64,000 bases of DNA from Candidatus Bathyarchaeia archaeon (GTDB taxonomy: Archaea > Thermoproteota > Bathyarchaeia > Bathyarchaeales > Bathycorpusculaceae): NCBI GenBank assembly GCA_049515895.1, contig JBEKTQ010000007.1:110819-174818 (forward strand). Direction: 5' to 3'. The translations under genes and the position numbers were made by a program. Positions within the stretch are counted from its first letter, which is position 1; every line of letters starts with the position of its first letter. This document shows, one piece after another, positions 9,292 to 19,461 of the stretch. Below the pieces are notes generated by a model. The model searched no databases and was not told the DNA's origin. It was given only the letters and a program-made list of their open reading frames with translations.

Positions 9292-10384
9292 AGAATTCAC
9301 AGTTACCACTTTCGGCGAAAGCCACGGCAAAGTCGTCGGCGTCATAGTGGACGGTTGCCCTGCAGGTTTGCCTCTTTCTGAAGCAGACATTCAAGCGGAG
9401 CTGGACAGACGCGTACCAGCAGATACCCGAATCGTTTCTGCAAGAATCGAAAGAGACGTGCCCAAAATTCTTTCGGGCGTTTTCAACTCGGTTACCACTG
9501 GCGCTCCAATAGCCGTGACGGTTGAGAACAAGGATGTTGACTCCGCGGATTATGAGGCAATTAAAAATCTGCCAAGACCTGGGCATGCAGACTACCCCGC
9601 AAGCGTTAGGTACGGCGGCTTTAACGATTACCGCGGAGGCGGACGCTTCAGCGGTAGAGTCACTGTGGCGTTAATAATGGCCGGAGCCATAGCGAAAAAA
9701 CTTCTGAGCCGTTTCGACGGGGACGTTTTAGCCTACACAAGAACCATAGGCAAAATCAGAAGCGACAAGAAGTTTAGCACTGAAGAAATCCGAAAGAACC
9801 GCTACGTGGCCTCTTCTAGATGCCCCGATTTGGCATGCGCAGGAAGAATGGAGGAAGCCATTGTTGACGCGCGAAAAGAGGGCGAAAGCCTCGGCGGCGT
9901 AGTTGAATGCCTTGCTCTGAACATACCAGTGGGGGTTGGGGACCCAATGTTTGATTCGCTCGACGCCGAGTTAGCCAAGGCACTGTTTAACGTTCCTGCA
10001 GTCAAGGCAGTTGAATTCGGATTGGGCTTCGAACTCATCAAGATGAAAGGCTCAGAAAGCAATGACGCCTACGTCATGCAAAACGGGAAAGTTGCTACTT
10101 CAACCGATAACATGGGCGGAATCTTAGGCGGCATATCCAACGGCATGCCAATCATCATGCGGGTAGCAATTAAACCGACGCCTTCCATCGGCCTAGAGCA
10201 GAAAACCGTTAACCTGACCACTATGGAAGATGCATCTCTCACAGTTAAGGGCAGACATGATCCATGTGTCGTTCCTAAAGCCGTGCCAGCCGTAGAAGCC
10301 GCAGTAGCCATAACGCTAGCTGACCACATGATTCGTTCTGGCTTCATACCGAAAGTCTTGGAGAGGAAAAAAATTGTTGGATGA
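9266..10384 (+). CDS. aroC: chorismate synthase
   Basis: TFGESHG, PRPGHAD, GGGRFSGR, KPTPSI, GRHDPC. Confidence 0.95.
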   Translation: MLAGNSTGKEFTVTTFGESHGKVVGVIVDGCPAGLPLSEADIQAELDRRVPADTRIVSARIERDVPKILSGVFNSVTTGAPIAVTVENKDVDSADYEAIKNLPRPGHADYPASVRYGGFNDYRGGGRFSGRVTVALIMAGAIAKKLLSRFDGDVLAYTRTIGKIRSDKKFSTEEIRKNRYVASSRCPDLACAGRMEEAIVDARKEGESLGGVVECLALNIPVGVGDPMFDSLDAELAKALFNVPAVKAVEFGLGFELIKMKGSESNDAYVMQNGKVATSTDNMGGILGGISNGMPIIMRVAIKPTPSIGLEQKTVNLTTMEDASLTVKGRHDPCVVPKAVPAVEAAVAITLADHMIRSGFIPKVLERKKIVG

Positions 10385-10637
10385 ACTCGAACTGTACAGA
10401 AAACAGGTTGATCAAATTGACGATTTGATTTTGAAAGCGCTAACTGAAAGAGTCAAGATATGCATGGCCATCGGTTTAGTAAAGAAAAAACGGGGCATCC
10501 CAATAAAAGACCTCTCCAGAGAAAACGACGTTTACAGAAAAGTAAAAGACAATTCTGCCGAATTCGGCTTAGATTCACAGAAGCTTGAGGCAATCTACCG
10601 CGAAATAGTTAATATGTGCAGTGCAGTTCAAGAGTAA
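10374..10637 (+). CDS. chorismate mutase (AroQ type)
   Basis: LELYRKQVDQIDDLILKALTERVKI...K...RE AroQ pattern. Confidence 0.88.
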   Translation: MLDELELYRKQVDQIDDLILKALTERVKICMAIGLVKKKRGIPIKDLSRENDVYRKVKDNSAEFGLDSQKLEAIYREIVNMCSAVQE

Positions 10638-10666
10638 GAAATAATCTAAAAGGAAAGTTCAAGGTA

Positions 10667-11746
10667 ATGCTCTACGAAATAAACGAGAAAGCCATAAGAC
10701 TCGAAAATCAAGGAAAGAAAATAATCCGCTTAAACCTAGGTGACCCTGACTTGGCTACGCCACCAGAAATTGTTGAGGCTGCGTACGCCGCGATGAAGGC
10801 TGGTAAAACAAAGTATTCTTCTGCTTACGGCGAGGAAAAACTAAGGCAGAAACTCGCTAAAATTCACGGAGTCAAAGCAGAAAATGTTGTTATTACTCCG
10901 GGTTCAAAATGGGGCGTCTTCGCCACTTTGTACCTGGCTATGAAGGCTAGAGGTAACATCATCATACCCACGCCTTACTGGACAGCTTACGATTTAATGG
11001 CTAAAAGTCTCGGTGCCCAAACAAGACTGCTCCGGACCGAAATGGAAGACGGCTGGAAAGTTGATTTGGGCAAGCTCGAAACTATGATTGACAAAGACAC
11101 TCGGATGATAATACTCAACAACCCGAATAATCCGACAAGCAAAGTGATGGATTCCGAGACTTTAGACGGTATAGTGGAAATAGCCAACAAGAAAGGCGTA
11201 ACCATACTCTCTGACGAAGTTTACGGTCCAATCAGTTTCATAAAGACAAAAAGCATCCTTGAATACGACGGCAACCACAATCACATTCTTTCAAACGGGT
11301 TCTCAAAAATGTTCACCATGACGGGCTGGCGAATCGGCTATATCATCGCGAATAAGGCGCTCGTGGACAACATAACAAAGCTAAACCAAATTACCATAAA
11401 CAACGTCCCAGTCTTCATACAAGAAGCAGCTCTAAAAGGGCTTGAAATGCAAAAGAACCTGACAAAAACCATTGAAAAAGAATATGAAGAAAGGGCAAAG
11501 ATAGCAAGCAAAACTTTGGCGAAAGCCGGCTTTTCCTTCACCGAACCCGAAGCACCATTCTACGTGTTCCCAAAGCTTAAAGGCTTAGACTCAGAAAAAT
11601 TCACCCTAGACCTGCTTGACAAAGGCGTTGCAGTGGCTCCCGGAACATCCTTCGGTGACTACAGAGAGCACTTCCGCATCTCTTTGACAGCTCCCCGAGA
11701 CGAAATAAAAATAGGGTTGGATAAAATCAGCGAGGCGCTCAAATGA
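10667..11746 (+). CDS. PLP-dependent class I/II aminotransferase (probable aromatic/prephenate aminotransferase)
   Basis: GDPD, NNPNNPT, SDEVY, SKMFTMTGWRIG; start set at ATG 10667. Confidence 0.85.
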   Translation: MLYEINEKAIRLENQGKKIIRLNLGDPDLATPPEIVEAAYAAMKAGKTKYSSAYGEEKLRQKLAKIHGVKAENVVITPGSKWGVFATLYLAMKARGNIIIPTPYWTAYDLMAKSLGAQTRLLRTEMEDGWKVDLGKLETMIDKDTRMIILNNPNNPTSKVMDSETLDGIVEIANKKGVTILSDEVYGPISFIKTKSILEYDGNHNHILSNGFSKMFTMTGWRIGYIIANKALVDNITKLNQITINNVPVFIQEAALKGLEMQKNLTKTIEKEYEERAKIASKTLAKAGFSFTEPEAPFYVFPKLKGLDSEKFTLDLLDKGVAVAPGTSFGDYREHFRISLTAPRDEIKIGLDKISEALK

Positions 11747-12618
11747 AAACCGCGGTTCTTGGCGCGGGAAAAATGGGTGTTTGGTTCGCAAAGTTTTGTA
11801 AGGAGAAAGGGGACAGCGTAATCCTCTCAGACAGGAAAGAGGAAAAGCTGTCAAAACTCGGAAAAGAGTTAGGTGTCGAAACTACCACTGACTTCTCGAA
11901 AGCGGTTGAAGACGCAGACAGAATCATGATTTGCGTTTCACTAAGCAGCTTCGAAGAAGTGGTAAAAAAAATCGGCTCCAGCGTTCGCGACGGGCAAGCG
12001 GTTATGGATATCTGCTCAATCAAGGAGTACCCAGTTAAGGTTATGCATGATTATATCAAGCACGGCTTGGTGTTGGGTACTCACCCCGTTTTTGGCCCAG
12101 GCAGCAAAGGCGTAAAACACAAAGCCTACGTTCTCACCCCCACAAATGCCAAGGAGGAGAAGTATGCCGAAGACTTCAAAGAGTGGCTGGAGAGTGAAGA
12201 AGCCCACGTTTTCGTAATGACACCCCAGAAACACGACCAACTCATGTCCGTCGTCCTAGGACTACCGCATTTCCTCGGATTAGTCGCTTGCGAAACCCTT
12301 CTTGATCAAAAGGCATTCACTGAAACTAAGCAATTGGCGGGGACGACTTACCGCATGCTTTTCACTTTGGCGGAAGCAACCGCGCTGGAAACTCCTGACC
12401 TTTACGCTAATTTGCAGATGAAGCTGCCTGGAATGGGAAAAATCGAAGACCTCTATATCTCCAAGGCTCAGGAATGGCTGGATTTGATCAAGCAGAAGAA
12501 TCCTCAGGCAATCATCGACAGGATGGAGCAACTTAAAGCTAAACTGCTGAAGGTTGATCCCGACTTCTCAGAATCATATGAAGTCATGTACAGAATGCTT
12601 GAAGCCACGGAGAAGTAA
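11743..12618 (+). CDS. tyrA: prephenate dehydrogenase
   Basis: GAGKMG, DICSIK, THPVFGP, HDQLMS. Confidence 0.92.
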   Translation: MKTAVLGAGKMGVWFAKFCKEKGDSVILSDRKEEKLSKLGKELGVETTTDFSKAVEDADRIMICVSLSSFEEVVKKIGSSVRDGQAVMDICSIKEYPVKVMHDYIKHGLVLGTHPVFGPGSKGVKHKAYVLTPTNAKEEKYAEDFKEWLESEEAHVFVMTPQKHDQLMSVVLGLPHFLGLVACETLLDQKAFTETKQLAGTTYRMLFTLAEATALETPDLYANLQMKLPGMGKIEDLYISKAQEWLDLIKQKNPQAIIDRMEQLKAKLLKVDPDFSESYEVMYRMLEATEK

Positions 12619-12627
12619 CGAAAACAG

Positions 12628-13248
12628 ATGCCCAAATCATTAGTCGTGAATTGTTCTCTAAAATCAAAAAACGAAGCTTTAGTTGAAGCCATCAGAGAAT
12701 TCAGCGACTGCGACGTTCTCCAGTTCAGTGATATCCATGAGGGCTACCGCGTCAAAGAGGAAGTTGATGCCGTCGTCATAAGCGGTTCTGCAGCTAGAAT
12801 AGTTAACTCTTCCGACAGACGTCTCTTTGAAGGAGTTGTCAATCTGATAAGAACCTGCGACTTGCCCACGTTGGGTATCTGCTTTGGGCATCAATTGCTC
12901 TGTTGGGCGTTCGGGGCAAAAGTTGGATCACTTGCTCAACCTGTTCTGGATCGTTTTGAGTCGGTTCGGGTGGTCGACGTCGACGGAATATTCTCTGGGT
13001 TTAGCGAAAACCTGATGGTGCCGCTGTCAGAAAACCATTACGATTACGTCCTAAAAGAAAACTTGTGCGAGGCGGGCTTTCTTTTGCTCGCGGATTCCGT
13101 CTCATGCGAAGTAGAAGCCGTTAGGCATAAAAGCAAGCCACTTTACGGCGTTCAATTTCATCCCGAACGTATAAAAGTAAAGGGCGAAACGCATTCTGGG
13201 GGTCACAAAGTTATAAAGAACTTTTACCAAAACGCGATTAGGCGATAG
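12628..13248 (+). CDS. class I glutamine amidotransferase
   Basis: LGICFGHQ nucleophile and QFHPE triad. Confidence 0.85.
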   Translation: MPKSLVVNCSLKSKNEALVEAIREFSDCDVLQFSDIHEGYRVKEEVDAVVISGSAARIVNSSDRRLFEGVVNLIRTCDLPTLGICFGHQLLCWAFGAKVGSLAQPVLDRFESVRVVDVDGIFSGFSENLMVPLSENHYDYVLKENLCEAGFLLLADSVSCEVEAVRHKSKPLYGVQFHPERIKVKGETHSGGHKVIKNFYQNAIRR

Positions 13249-13340
13249 GATGCGTATTGATTTTGCTGAGAACAAACACACATCGGGTTTCCTGCAGTTC
13301 TCGGGAAAAACTAAAGTATTTAGGTTCTCAAAGTTAATGT

Positions 13341-13709
13341 GTGGTTTCTGTGGAATTTAAGAAGGCTCCGGCTGAACTTGTTGAATTCATCAGAGAAAAA
13401 ATGAAGGACGTGAACTGCGACTATCGCCAAATGTTTGGGTACCCCGCATACTTCATTAACGGCAACATGTTCGCGGGACTTTTTGGCGACAAATTGCTTT
13501 TGAGGCTTTCAGACGTTGACTTCGCGGAAACCCTGAAAATCCACGGGGAAGTTAAGGTTTTTGAGCCCCTGCCGGGAAGGGCGATGAAAGGCTATGTTGC
13601 TCTCCCAAAATCAGTTTATTCAGATGACACTGAGTTCGAGAAGCTGCTTAACAAATCTGTAAAATACGTCTCTTCGTTGCCCCAAAAAATATCGAAAGCC
13701 AAAAAGTAA
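13341..13709 (+). CDS. TfoX/Sxy N-terminal domain protein
   Basis: RQMFGYPAYFINGNMFAG...LLLRL...MKGYV pattern. Confidence 0.75.
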   Translation: MVSVEFKKAPAELVEFIREKMKDVNCDYRQMFGYPAYFINGNMFAGLFGDKLLLRLSDVDFAETLKIHGEVKVFEPLPGRAMKGYVALPKSVYSDDTEFEKLLNKSVKYVSSLPQKISKAKK

Positions 13710-13712
13710 GTG

Positions 13713-14525
13713 TCAATTCGCTTTTGAGTATGAACCTAAGACTTTGACAAAATCAACGTACTTCTTGAGAGCCTTCAAGGCTTCCGAACATTGTTTCTCA
13801 CATCGGTGCCCCTCGAAATCCAAGTAGAAGTTGTATTCCCAAGGCGTTTGCTTGGTAGGTCTTGACTCGATTTTTGTTAGGTTTATGCCTCTTTTGGCAA
13901 ATTCACCCAGCGCGTTGTAAAGCGACCCTGGCTTGTGGGCTGCTGAGAAGATTATGCTTGTTTTGTCTTTGCCCGTTGGTGCTGAATCGCTGGTGGATAG
14001 AACAAAGAACCGTGTGTAGTTTTCGGAGTTGTCAGCAATATCTTCAGCGAGAATGTGCATGCCATAGAGGTCGGCTGCTCTTTTGCTGGCGATTGCGGCG
14101 GCGTTTATCAAACCTTTTTCTTTGATCATTTTGACGCTGCCTGCCGTGTCATAGGTCGGTATTAGTTCGCGACCGAATTCCTCCAGGAAACTTCTGCATT
14201 GCCCAAGCGCCTGCGGATGCGAATAGACAACTTTGATGTTTTCTAATGCTGCGCCGGGGTTCGCGACTAAGCAATGCTCGATTTTCACCACGACTTCCCC
14301 GCAAACTTTCAAGTCATAGCGCAGAAACAGGTCGTAGTTCTGAGGTACACTGCCTTCTAAACTATTTTCGACGGGTACGATGCCGTGCTGGGTTTCTTGA
14401 GTGCATACGCTGTCGAAAACGTCTTTGAAGTCGCGGCAAGGTTTAACCTGTGTTTCTGCTCCGAAGAACTGGTAGACTGCGCTTTCGCTGTAGGCGCCTC
14501 GTTCGCCTTGAAATGCTACTTTCAC
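13713..14525 (-). CDS. pheA: prephenate dehydratase
   Basis: AFQGERGAYSE, PVENSLEG, SHPQALGQC, NYTRF, LTKIESRP. Confidence 0.95.
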   Translation of the reverse strand: MKVAFQGERGAYSESAVYQFFGAETQVKPCRDFKDVFDSVCTQETQHGIVPVENSLEGSVPQNYDLFLRYDLKVCGEVVVKIEHCLVANPGAALENIKVVYSHPQALGQCRSFLEEFGRELIPTYDTAGSVKMIKEKGLINAAAIASKRAADLYGMHILAEDIADNSENYTRFFVLSTSDSAPTGKDKTSIIFSAAHKPGSLYNALGEFAKRGINLTKIESRPTKQTPWEYNFYLDFEGHRCEKQCSEALKALKKYVDFVKVLGSYSKAN

Positions 14526-16036
14526 TGTTTGTTTCCCCGATTACGATTCTTAAGCAAAAGCTTGTTTATACCGTTTATCATTGCTTCGACACTAGCCATT
14601 ACGATGTCCTCTCTTGCTGCCCGTGCGGACACGAGGTTGCCTTTCTCATCTTCCACTTTTATGATGACTTCTGCAACAGCGTTTGAGCCGCCTGTGATTG
14701 CTTCAAGCCGATATTCTCTCAGTCTGATTTTTTCTTGGTTACTGATTAACCTCTGGATTGCCTTCAGAACCGCGTCAACTGGACCAACACCCGTCTCAGC
14801 AGCAACGTACTCTTTCCCATCCAGAGTCAACCGCACCGAAGCCGTAGGGATAACCTTGATGCCTGTTACAACTGCCATATCGCATAAATCAACGATTTTC
14901 TCCTCTCCGACAACCTCACCCAAAACAGCTGAAGTTAACGCCAACAAATCAGCGTCCGTCACCATCTTGCCTTTATCACCAAGTTCCTTGACGCGCTGGA
15001 CAATTTCTTTCAGTTGCTCTTCACTCGGGTGGATGCCGACTTCTTCCAACTCCGCCTTGATGCCGCGTGTCCCCGCCAGTTTCCCAGCGACAAGTTTTCT
15101 AGTGCGACCAACCAGAGCAGGATCTATCGGCTCAAAGGTTAGAGGCTTCTCCGCAACTCCGCGTGTGTGGATGCCTGATTCGTGCGCGAACGCGTTTTCG
15201 CCCACAAGTGCCTTGTTAGCCTGCACAGCGATACCAGTTAATGAAGAAACCATTCTAGAGGTGCTGTAAAGCAGTCGGCTGTTTATTCCTGTCTTGTACT
15301 TGTAAAGAACATGCAAAGCCATAACCACTTCTTCCAGCGAAGCGTTACCTGCCCGCTCGCCTAACCCGTTGACGGCAACGTGCACTTGTACCGCGCCCGC
15401 TTCCACCGCAGCCAACGAGTTTGCAACTGCCAACCCGAAATCATCATGGCAATGAATGCTTATGGGCACGCTAACTACTGATTTTATTTCTTCCACAAAT
15501 TTTATTGTTGATTTTGGAATCATGATGCCGACGGTGTCAGGCAGATTTAAGCTGTCCATACCTGCATCCTGGGCTGCTTGACAGATTTTTTTGAGGAAAG
15601 GCATTTCGGAGCGCGTGGCGTCCATAGGTGAAAACTCACATTTTACACCATGCTTCTTAACGTACTCAATCGACTCGATTGCTGAAGCTAACACTTGCTC
15701 ATGCGTCAAATTGACCGCGTACTTCATCTGCACCTCAGAAGTGGGAATGAAAACGTGAATTAAATCGACGTTGCAGTCTAACGCCGCGTCAATGTCACCC
15801 TTTGTCGCCCGGGAAAGCGCACAGATTTCAGAGTTCAAGCCCAGTTTGACAATTTCTTTAACGACTTTTCTTTCGCCTTCGGAGGAACTTGGAAAGCCCG
15901 CTTCGATAACGTCAACGCCCAGCTTGCCTAGTTGGCGTGCAATCTCAATTTTGTCTTCAGGGGTTAAGGAAACCCCGGGGGTTTGTTCGCCGTCTCTTAG
16001 GGTAGTGTCTAAAATTCGAATGTATTTACTCGTCAT
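14522..16036 (-). CDS. leuA: 2-isopropylmalate synthase
   Basis: [33 protein letters not shown] regulatory domain. Confidence 0.9.
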   Translation of the reverse strand: MTSKYIRILDTTLRDGEQTPGVSLTPEDKIEIARQLGKLGVDVIEAGFPSSSEGERKVVKEIVKLGLNSEICALSRATKGDIDAALDCNVDLIHVFIPTSEVQMKYAVNLTHEQVLASAIESIEYVKKHGVKCEFSPMDATRSEMPFLKKICQAAQDAGMDSLNLPDTVGIMIPKSTIKFVEEIKSVVSVPISIHCHDDFGLAVANSLAAVEAGAVQVHVAVNGLGERAGNASLEEVVMALHVLYKYKTGINSRLLYSTSRMVSSLTGIAVQANKALVGENAFAHESGIHTRGVAEKPLTFEPIDPALVGRTRKLVAGKLAGTRGIKAELEEVGIHPSEEQLKEIVQRVKELGDKGKMVTDADLLALTSAVLGEVVGEEKIVDLCDMAVVTGIKVIPTASVRLTLDGKEYVAAETGVGPVDAVLKAIQRLISNQEKIRLREYRLEAITGGSNAVAEVIIKVEDEKGNLVSARAAREDIVMASVEAMINGINKLLLKNRNRGNKQ

Positions 16037-16041
16037 TTTTT

Positions 16042-17079
16042 TCAGCCAGTTTTCGTTGTTAAGGCTGCGGCAATGGCTTCCGCCATCCCCACGGTCGTTG
16101 TGTTCCCGCCGCAGTCTGGAACAGTTTGACCGTTACGTAACGCGTGAACTACTCCATTCTCAATGGCTGTGCCTGCTTTCATGCATTTATTATCATTGTA
16201 TTTTTCTCCCAGCCACTCCAGCATCATTTTTGCGCTTAGAACCATCGAGATCGGGTTTGCCGTGTGTTTTCCTGCCCTGTTTGGCGCTGAACCATGGATG
16301 GGTTCGAATAATGCGAAGTTGTCGCCTATGTTTGCGCCTGGAGCCATGCCTAACCCGCCGATAAGCTGGGCTGCTTCGTCTGAGAGGATGTCGCCGAACA
16401 TGTTGCATGTGCAGAACACATCGAATTCTTGCGGCTCTTTGATTAGACGCATCGACGCCGCATCAACGTACAGTTCGTTAAACGCTATGTCTGGGTACTG
16501 CTTTGCTGTTTCGCGACATACGCTGGCGAATAGCCCGTCGGTCACGCGCATGACGTTTGCCTTGTGAATCGCCGTGACTTTCTTTTTGCCATTGCGTAGG
16601 CGTGCCATTTCGAATGCTTTTTTGGCTATACGCTGGCAGTTTTTTCGGGTGATGACTCTTAAGCACAGGGTTGTGTCATTGTCAAGGGTGAATTCTAAGC
16701 CTTTGTAAACGTCCTCGGTGTTCTCCCTGACAAAAAGCATGTCAATGTCGGGTCTAGCCACTGGGACGGCTGGGTAAGCCTTAAGCGGGCGCAGGTTAGC
16801 GTACAAATCGAACATTAACCTGAGTTTAACTATGACGTCTGCTGCCGATTCGCCGACAGGACCTTTAAGGCAAGCGTGAGACGCCTTAATCTTTTCGACG
16901 CTGTCAGCAGGTAGCGCCGCGCCTCTTTTTGCTAAGGTTTCGTCGCCTGCTTCTGCCTCAATCATTCTCAGTTTTATGCCGTATTTTTTCTGAGCTGCAT
17001 CCAACACTTTAAGGGTTGCTTCCGTTAATTCGGGGCCAATTCCATCGCCGCGAATCAACGAAATCTTATATTCATTCAT
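16042..17079 (-). CDS. leuB: 3-isopropylmalate dehydrogenase (IDH/IPMDH family)
   Basis: GDGIGPE, VRENTE, HKANV, NMFGDILSD, EPIHGSAP. Confidence 0.88.
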   Translation of the reverse strand: MNEYKISLIRGDGIGPELTEATLKVLDAAQKKYGIKLRMIEAEAGDETLAKRGAALPADSVEKIKASHACLKGPVGESAADVIVKLRLMFDLYANLRPLKAYPAVPVARPDIDMLFVRENTEDVYKGLEFTLDNDTTLCLRVITRKNCQRIAKKAFEMARLRNGKKKVTAIHKANVMRVTDGLFASVCRETAKQYPDIAFNELYVDAASMRLIKEPQEFDVFCTCNMFGDILSDEAAQLIGGLGMAPGANIGDNFALFEPIHGSAPNRAGKHTANPISMVLSAKMMLEWLGEKYNDNKCMKAGTAIENGVVHALRNGQTVPDCGGNTTTVGMAEAIAAALTTKTG

Positions 17080-17579
17080 TTCTTGTTCATTCTCCTTCGT
17101 AAATTCTCGATTAATCCGCCATCAGCTAAAATTTCCAATATGAACGGTGGAAGCTTTTCCACTTTAAACATTGTGCCGTTGGAAACATTTTCTATCTTGC
17201 CAGCATCAAAATCCACAGATAGTTGATCCCCGGTTTTAACTGCCGCCGATATTCCTTTGCATTCGATTACTGGTAACCCGATGTTGATTGCGTTTCGGAA
17301 AAAAATACGTGCGAAAGATTCAGCTAACACACATTTTACACCGGCATACTTCAGGGCTAACGGCGCTTGCTCTCGGCTTGAGCCACACCCAAAATTTTTG
17401 CCGCCTACCACGATCACCCCTTTTTTTGCTTTCTCAGGAAAGCCTGGATCTAAGCCCGCTAGGGCGTGTTTTGCCAACTCATAAGGGTCAACCAACGTCA
17501 TGTATTGTCCGGGCAGAATAACATCTGTGTCAACGTTGCTTCCGAATTTTATTGCTGGGCCTTTGATTTTCATATTCAT
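17076..17579 (-). CDS. leuD: 3-isopropylmalate dehydratase small subunit
   Basis: [26 protein letters not shown]. Confidence 0.92.
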   Translation of the reverse strand: MNMKIKGPAIKFGSNVDTDVILPGQYMTLVDPYELAKHALAGLDPGFPEKAKKGVIVVGGKNFGCGSSREQAPLALKYAGVKCVLAESFARIFFRNAINIGLPVIECKGISAAVKTGDQLSVDFDAGKIENVSNGTMFKVEKLPPFILEILADGGLIENLRRRMNKK

Positions 17580-18844
17580 GGTTTTGCCTCCATTTTTCTT
17601 GGGTCAGTGATTTTGCCTGTTACTGCTGAAGCAGCTACGGTCGCTGGAGAAGCCAAGTACACGCTGGCTTGGGTGCTGCCCATTCTTCCGATAAAGTTCC
17701 TGTTTGAACTGCTAACGCAGGTTTCGCCTGCCGCGAGTAATCCTATGTGACCTCCCAGGCATGGACCGCATGCTGAACCACAAACTATCGCGCCTGAGTC
17801 AGTGAAGATTTCCATTAAACCTTCATCTATGGCCTGACGGTAAACTTCCTGCGAGGCTGGAATCACAAGAGCCCTAACGCCGTCTTTTACGCGTTTGCCC
17901 TTCAAAACTTGAGCTGCTAAGCGCAAATCTTCGATTCTGCCGTTGGTGCAGGAACCGATAAAGGCCTGCTCAACGGGAACGTTGCCTACTTCGGAAATTG
18001 GTTTAACGTTGTCAACTGATGACGGGCAAGCAACTTGTGGTTCCATCTTTGAGACGTCAAAGTCCATTGTTTGCTCGTAAACAGAGTCTTTGTCGCTTTT
18101 CAACGCTTCAAAATTCGGTAATTCCTTGACTCTGGTTTTCAGGAACTCTCGGGTTGTTTCGTCGGGTTCAATGATGCCGTTTTTGGCGCCCATTTCCACC
18201 GCCATGTTGCATAGCGTCATTCTTCCCGCTATACTCATGCCCTTTATTGTTGGGCCAGTGAACTCGGCGCTTTCGTATGTGGCACCATCAACGCTCATGT
18301 GCCCTATTATTGAAAGGATCAGGTCTTTGGGAGTTACGAATTTTTGGAATTCTCCAGACACGACGAATTTGACAGCTTTAGGTATTTTCAGCCAGATCTT
18401 TCCCGTAGCCATAACCGCTGCGGCTTCGGTTGAACCTATTCCTGTTGCGAAAGCTCCGAATGCCCCGTAAGTGCAGGTATGCGAGTCGGCGCCTACGATG
18501 ACTGTTCCGGGAACAACGTGCCCCTTCTCAGGCATGACTTGATGGCAGATTCCGCCTCTGCCCACATCGTAAATGCGTAGGTTTTGGTCTTTGGCGAATT
18601 GGCGCATGGTTTTGTGCAGTTCCGCTGCTTTCACGGATTCAGCTGGTACCTGATGGTCCAGTATGACCACTGCTTTTTGGTTATCCCAAACTTTCTGTAC
18701 GCCTATTTTCTTAAAGGCTTCAACGGCTAAAGGTCCAGTTAAATCGTGCACCATCACCATGTCAACGTTTGCGTCGACTATTTCTCCTGGGTGCACAGCT
18801 TTTTTTCCTGAGGCTTTGGCCAAGATCTTTTCTGTTATGTTCAT
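17576..18844 (-). CDS. leuC: 3-isopropylmalate dehydratase large subunit
   Basis: DSHT, GSCTNGR, CGPCLG 4Fe-4S ligands, SNRNF. Confidence 0.93.
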   Translation of the reverse strand: MNITEKILAKASGKKAVHPGEIVDANVDMVMVHDLTGPLAVEAFKKIGVQKVWDNQKAVVILDHQVPAESVKAAELHKTMRQFAKDQNLRIYDVGRGGICHQVMPEKGHVVPGTVIVGADSHTCTYGAFGAFATGIGSTEAAAVMATGKIWLKIPKAVKFVVSGEFQKFVTPKDLILSIIGHMSVDGATYESAEFTGPTIKGMSIAGRMTLCNMAVEMGAKNGIIEPDETTREFLKTRVKELPNFEALKSDKDSVYEQTMDFDVSKMEPQVACPSSVDNVKPISEVGNVPVEQAFIGSCTNGRIEDLRLAAQVLKGKRVKDGVRALVIPASQEVYRQAIDEGLMEIFTDSGAIVCGSACGPCLGGHIGLLAAGETCVSSSNRNFIGRMGSTQASVYLASPATVAASAVTGKITDPRKMEAKP

Positions 18845-18888
18845 TTTTCTATTCTCTTCTATCAGTTGCCTTTTTTCTGTTGATAACT

Positions 18889-18904
18889 ATGACAAGTTTG
18901 TCAT
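18889..18904. promoter_or_regulatory. perfect inverted repeat ATGACAA-N2-TTGTCAT, putative operator upstream of leuC
   Basis: Seen in ilvN-leuC intergenic spacer next to an AT-rich TTAAAA element. Confidence 0.4.
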
Positions 18905-18948
18905 TTTAAGAAAGCTTGAAGTTAAGGGTTTCCGTGCTCGGAGAGGAT

Positions 18949-19461
18949 TTATTCGTCTATTCTTACTGATTTTGTTCCTCTTGCTAGCGCTGTTATGCCT
19001 GTTCTGGCAAGTTCAATGACGCCTGTTGCCTTCATCAAGTTTAGGAAGGCGTCAAGCTTGTCAGGTGTTCCGGTGATTTCCACGGTTAGGCTGTCAGTTG
19101 AAACGTCAATTATTCGTCCTCGGAAGACTTCTACACAGTTAATGATGTCGGAGCGATCTTTCGCAGTTGGAGAGTTAACCTTTATCAAAGCTAGCTCGCG
19201 CATTACATAGTTTCCAGGCTCCAGTTCCTCGACTTTAAGCACATCGACGAGTTTTGCGACTTGTTTGACGACTTGGACGATTGTTTTTTCATCCTCATTA
19301 ACTGTTATGGTCATACGCGCGATGTCTTTCCTCTCGCTCGGGCCGACAGTGATGCTTTCAATGTTAAAGTTTCTGCGTCGGAACAAGTTTGAAACTCCGA
19401 AGAGCACACCTGGCTTGTTTTCGACAAGTACCGAAATTATTTTTGTTCTTCCAGCTTCCAT
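18949..19461 (-). CDS. ilvN: acetolactate synthase small (regulatory) subunit
   Basis: SVLVENKPGVL, RRNFNIESITV, RELALIK, ARTG. Confidence 0.93.
   Translation of the reverse strand: MEAGRTKIISVLVENKPGVLFGVSNLFRRRNFNIESITVGPSERKDIARMTITVNEDEKTIVQVVKQVAKLVDVLKVEELEPGNYVMRELALIKVNSPTAKDRSDIINCVEVFRGRIIDVSTDSLTVEITGTPDKLDAFLNLMKATGVIELARTGITALARGTKSVRIDE

Noticed and set aside
14385-15269. 294-aa plus-strand ORF (and similar long antisense ORFs such as 3429-4070, 15771-16364, 44820-45440)
   Set aside because: Antisense shadows of well-supported genes
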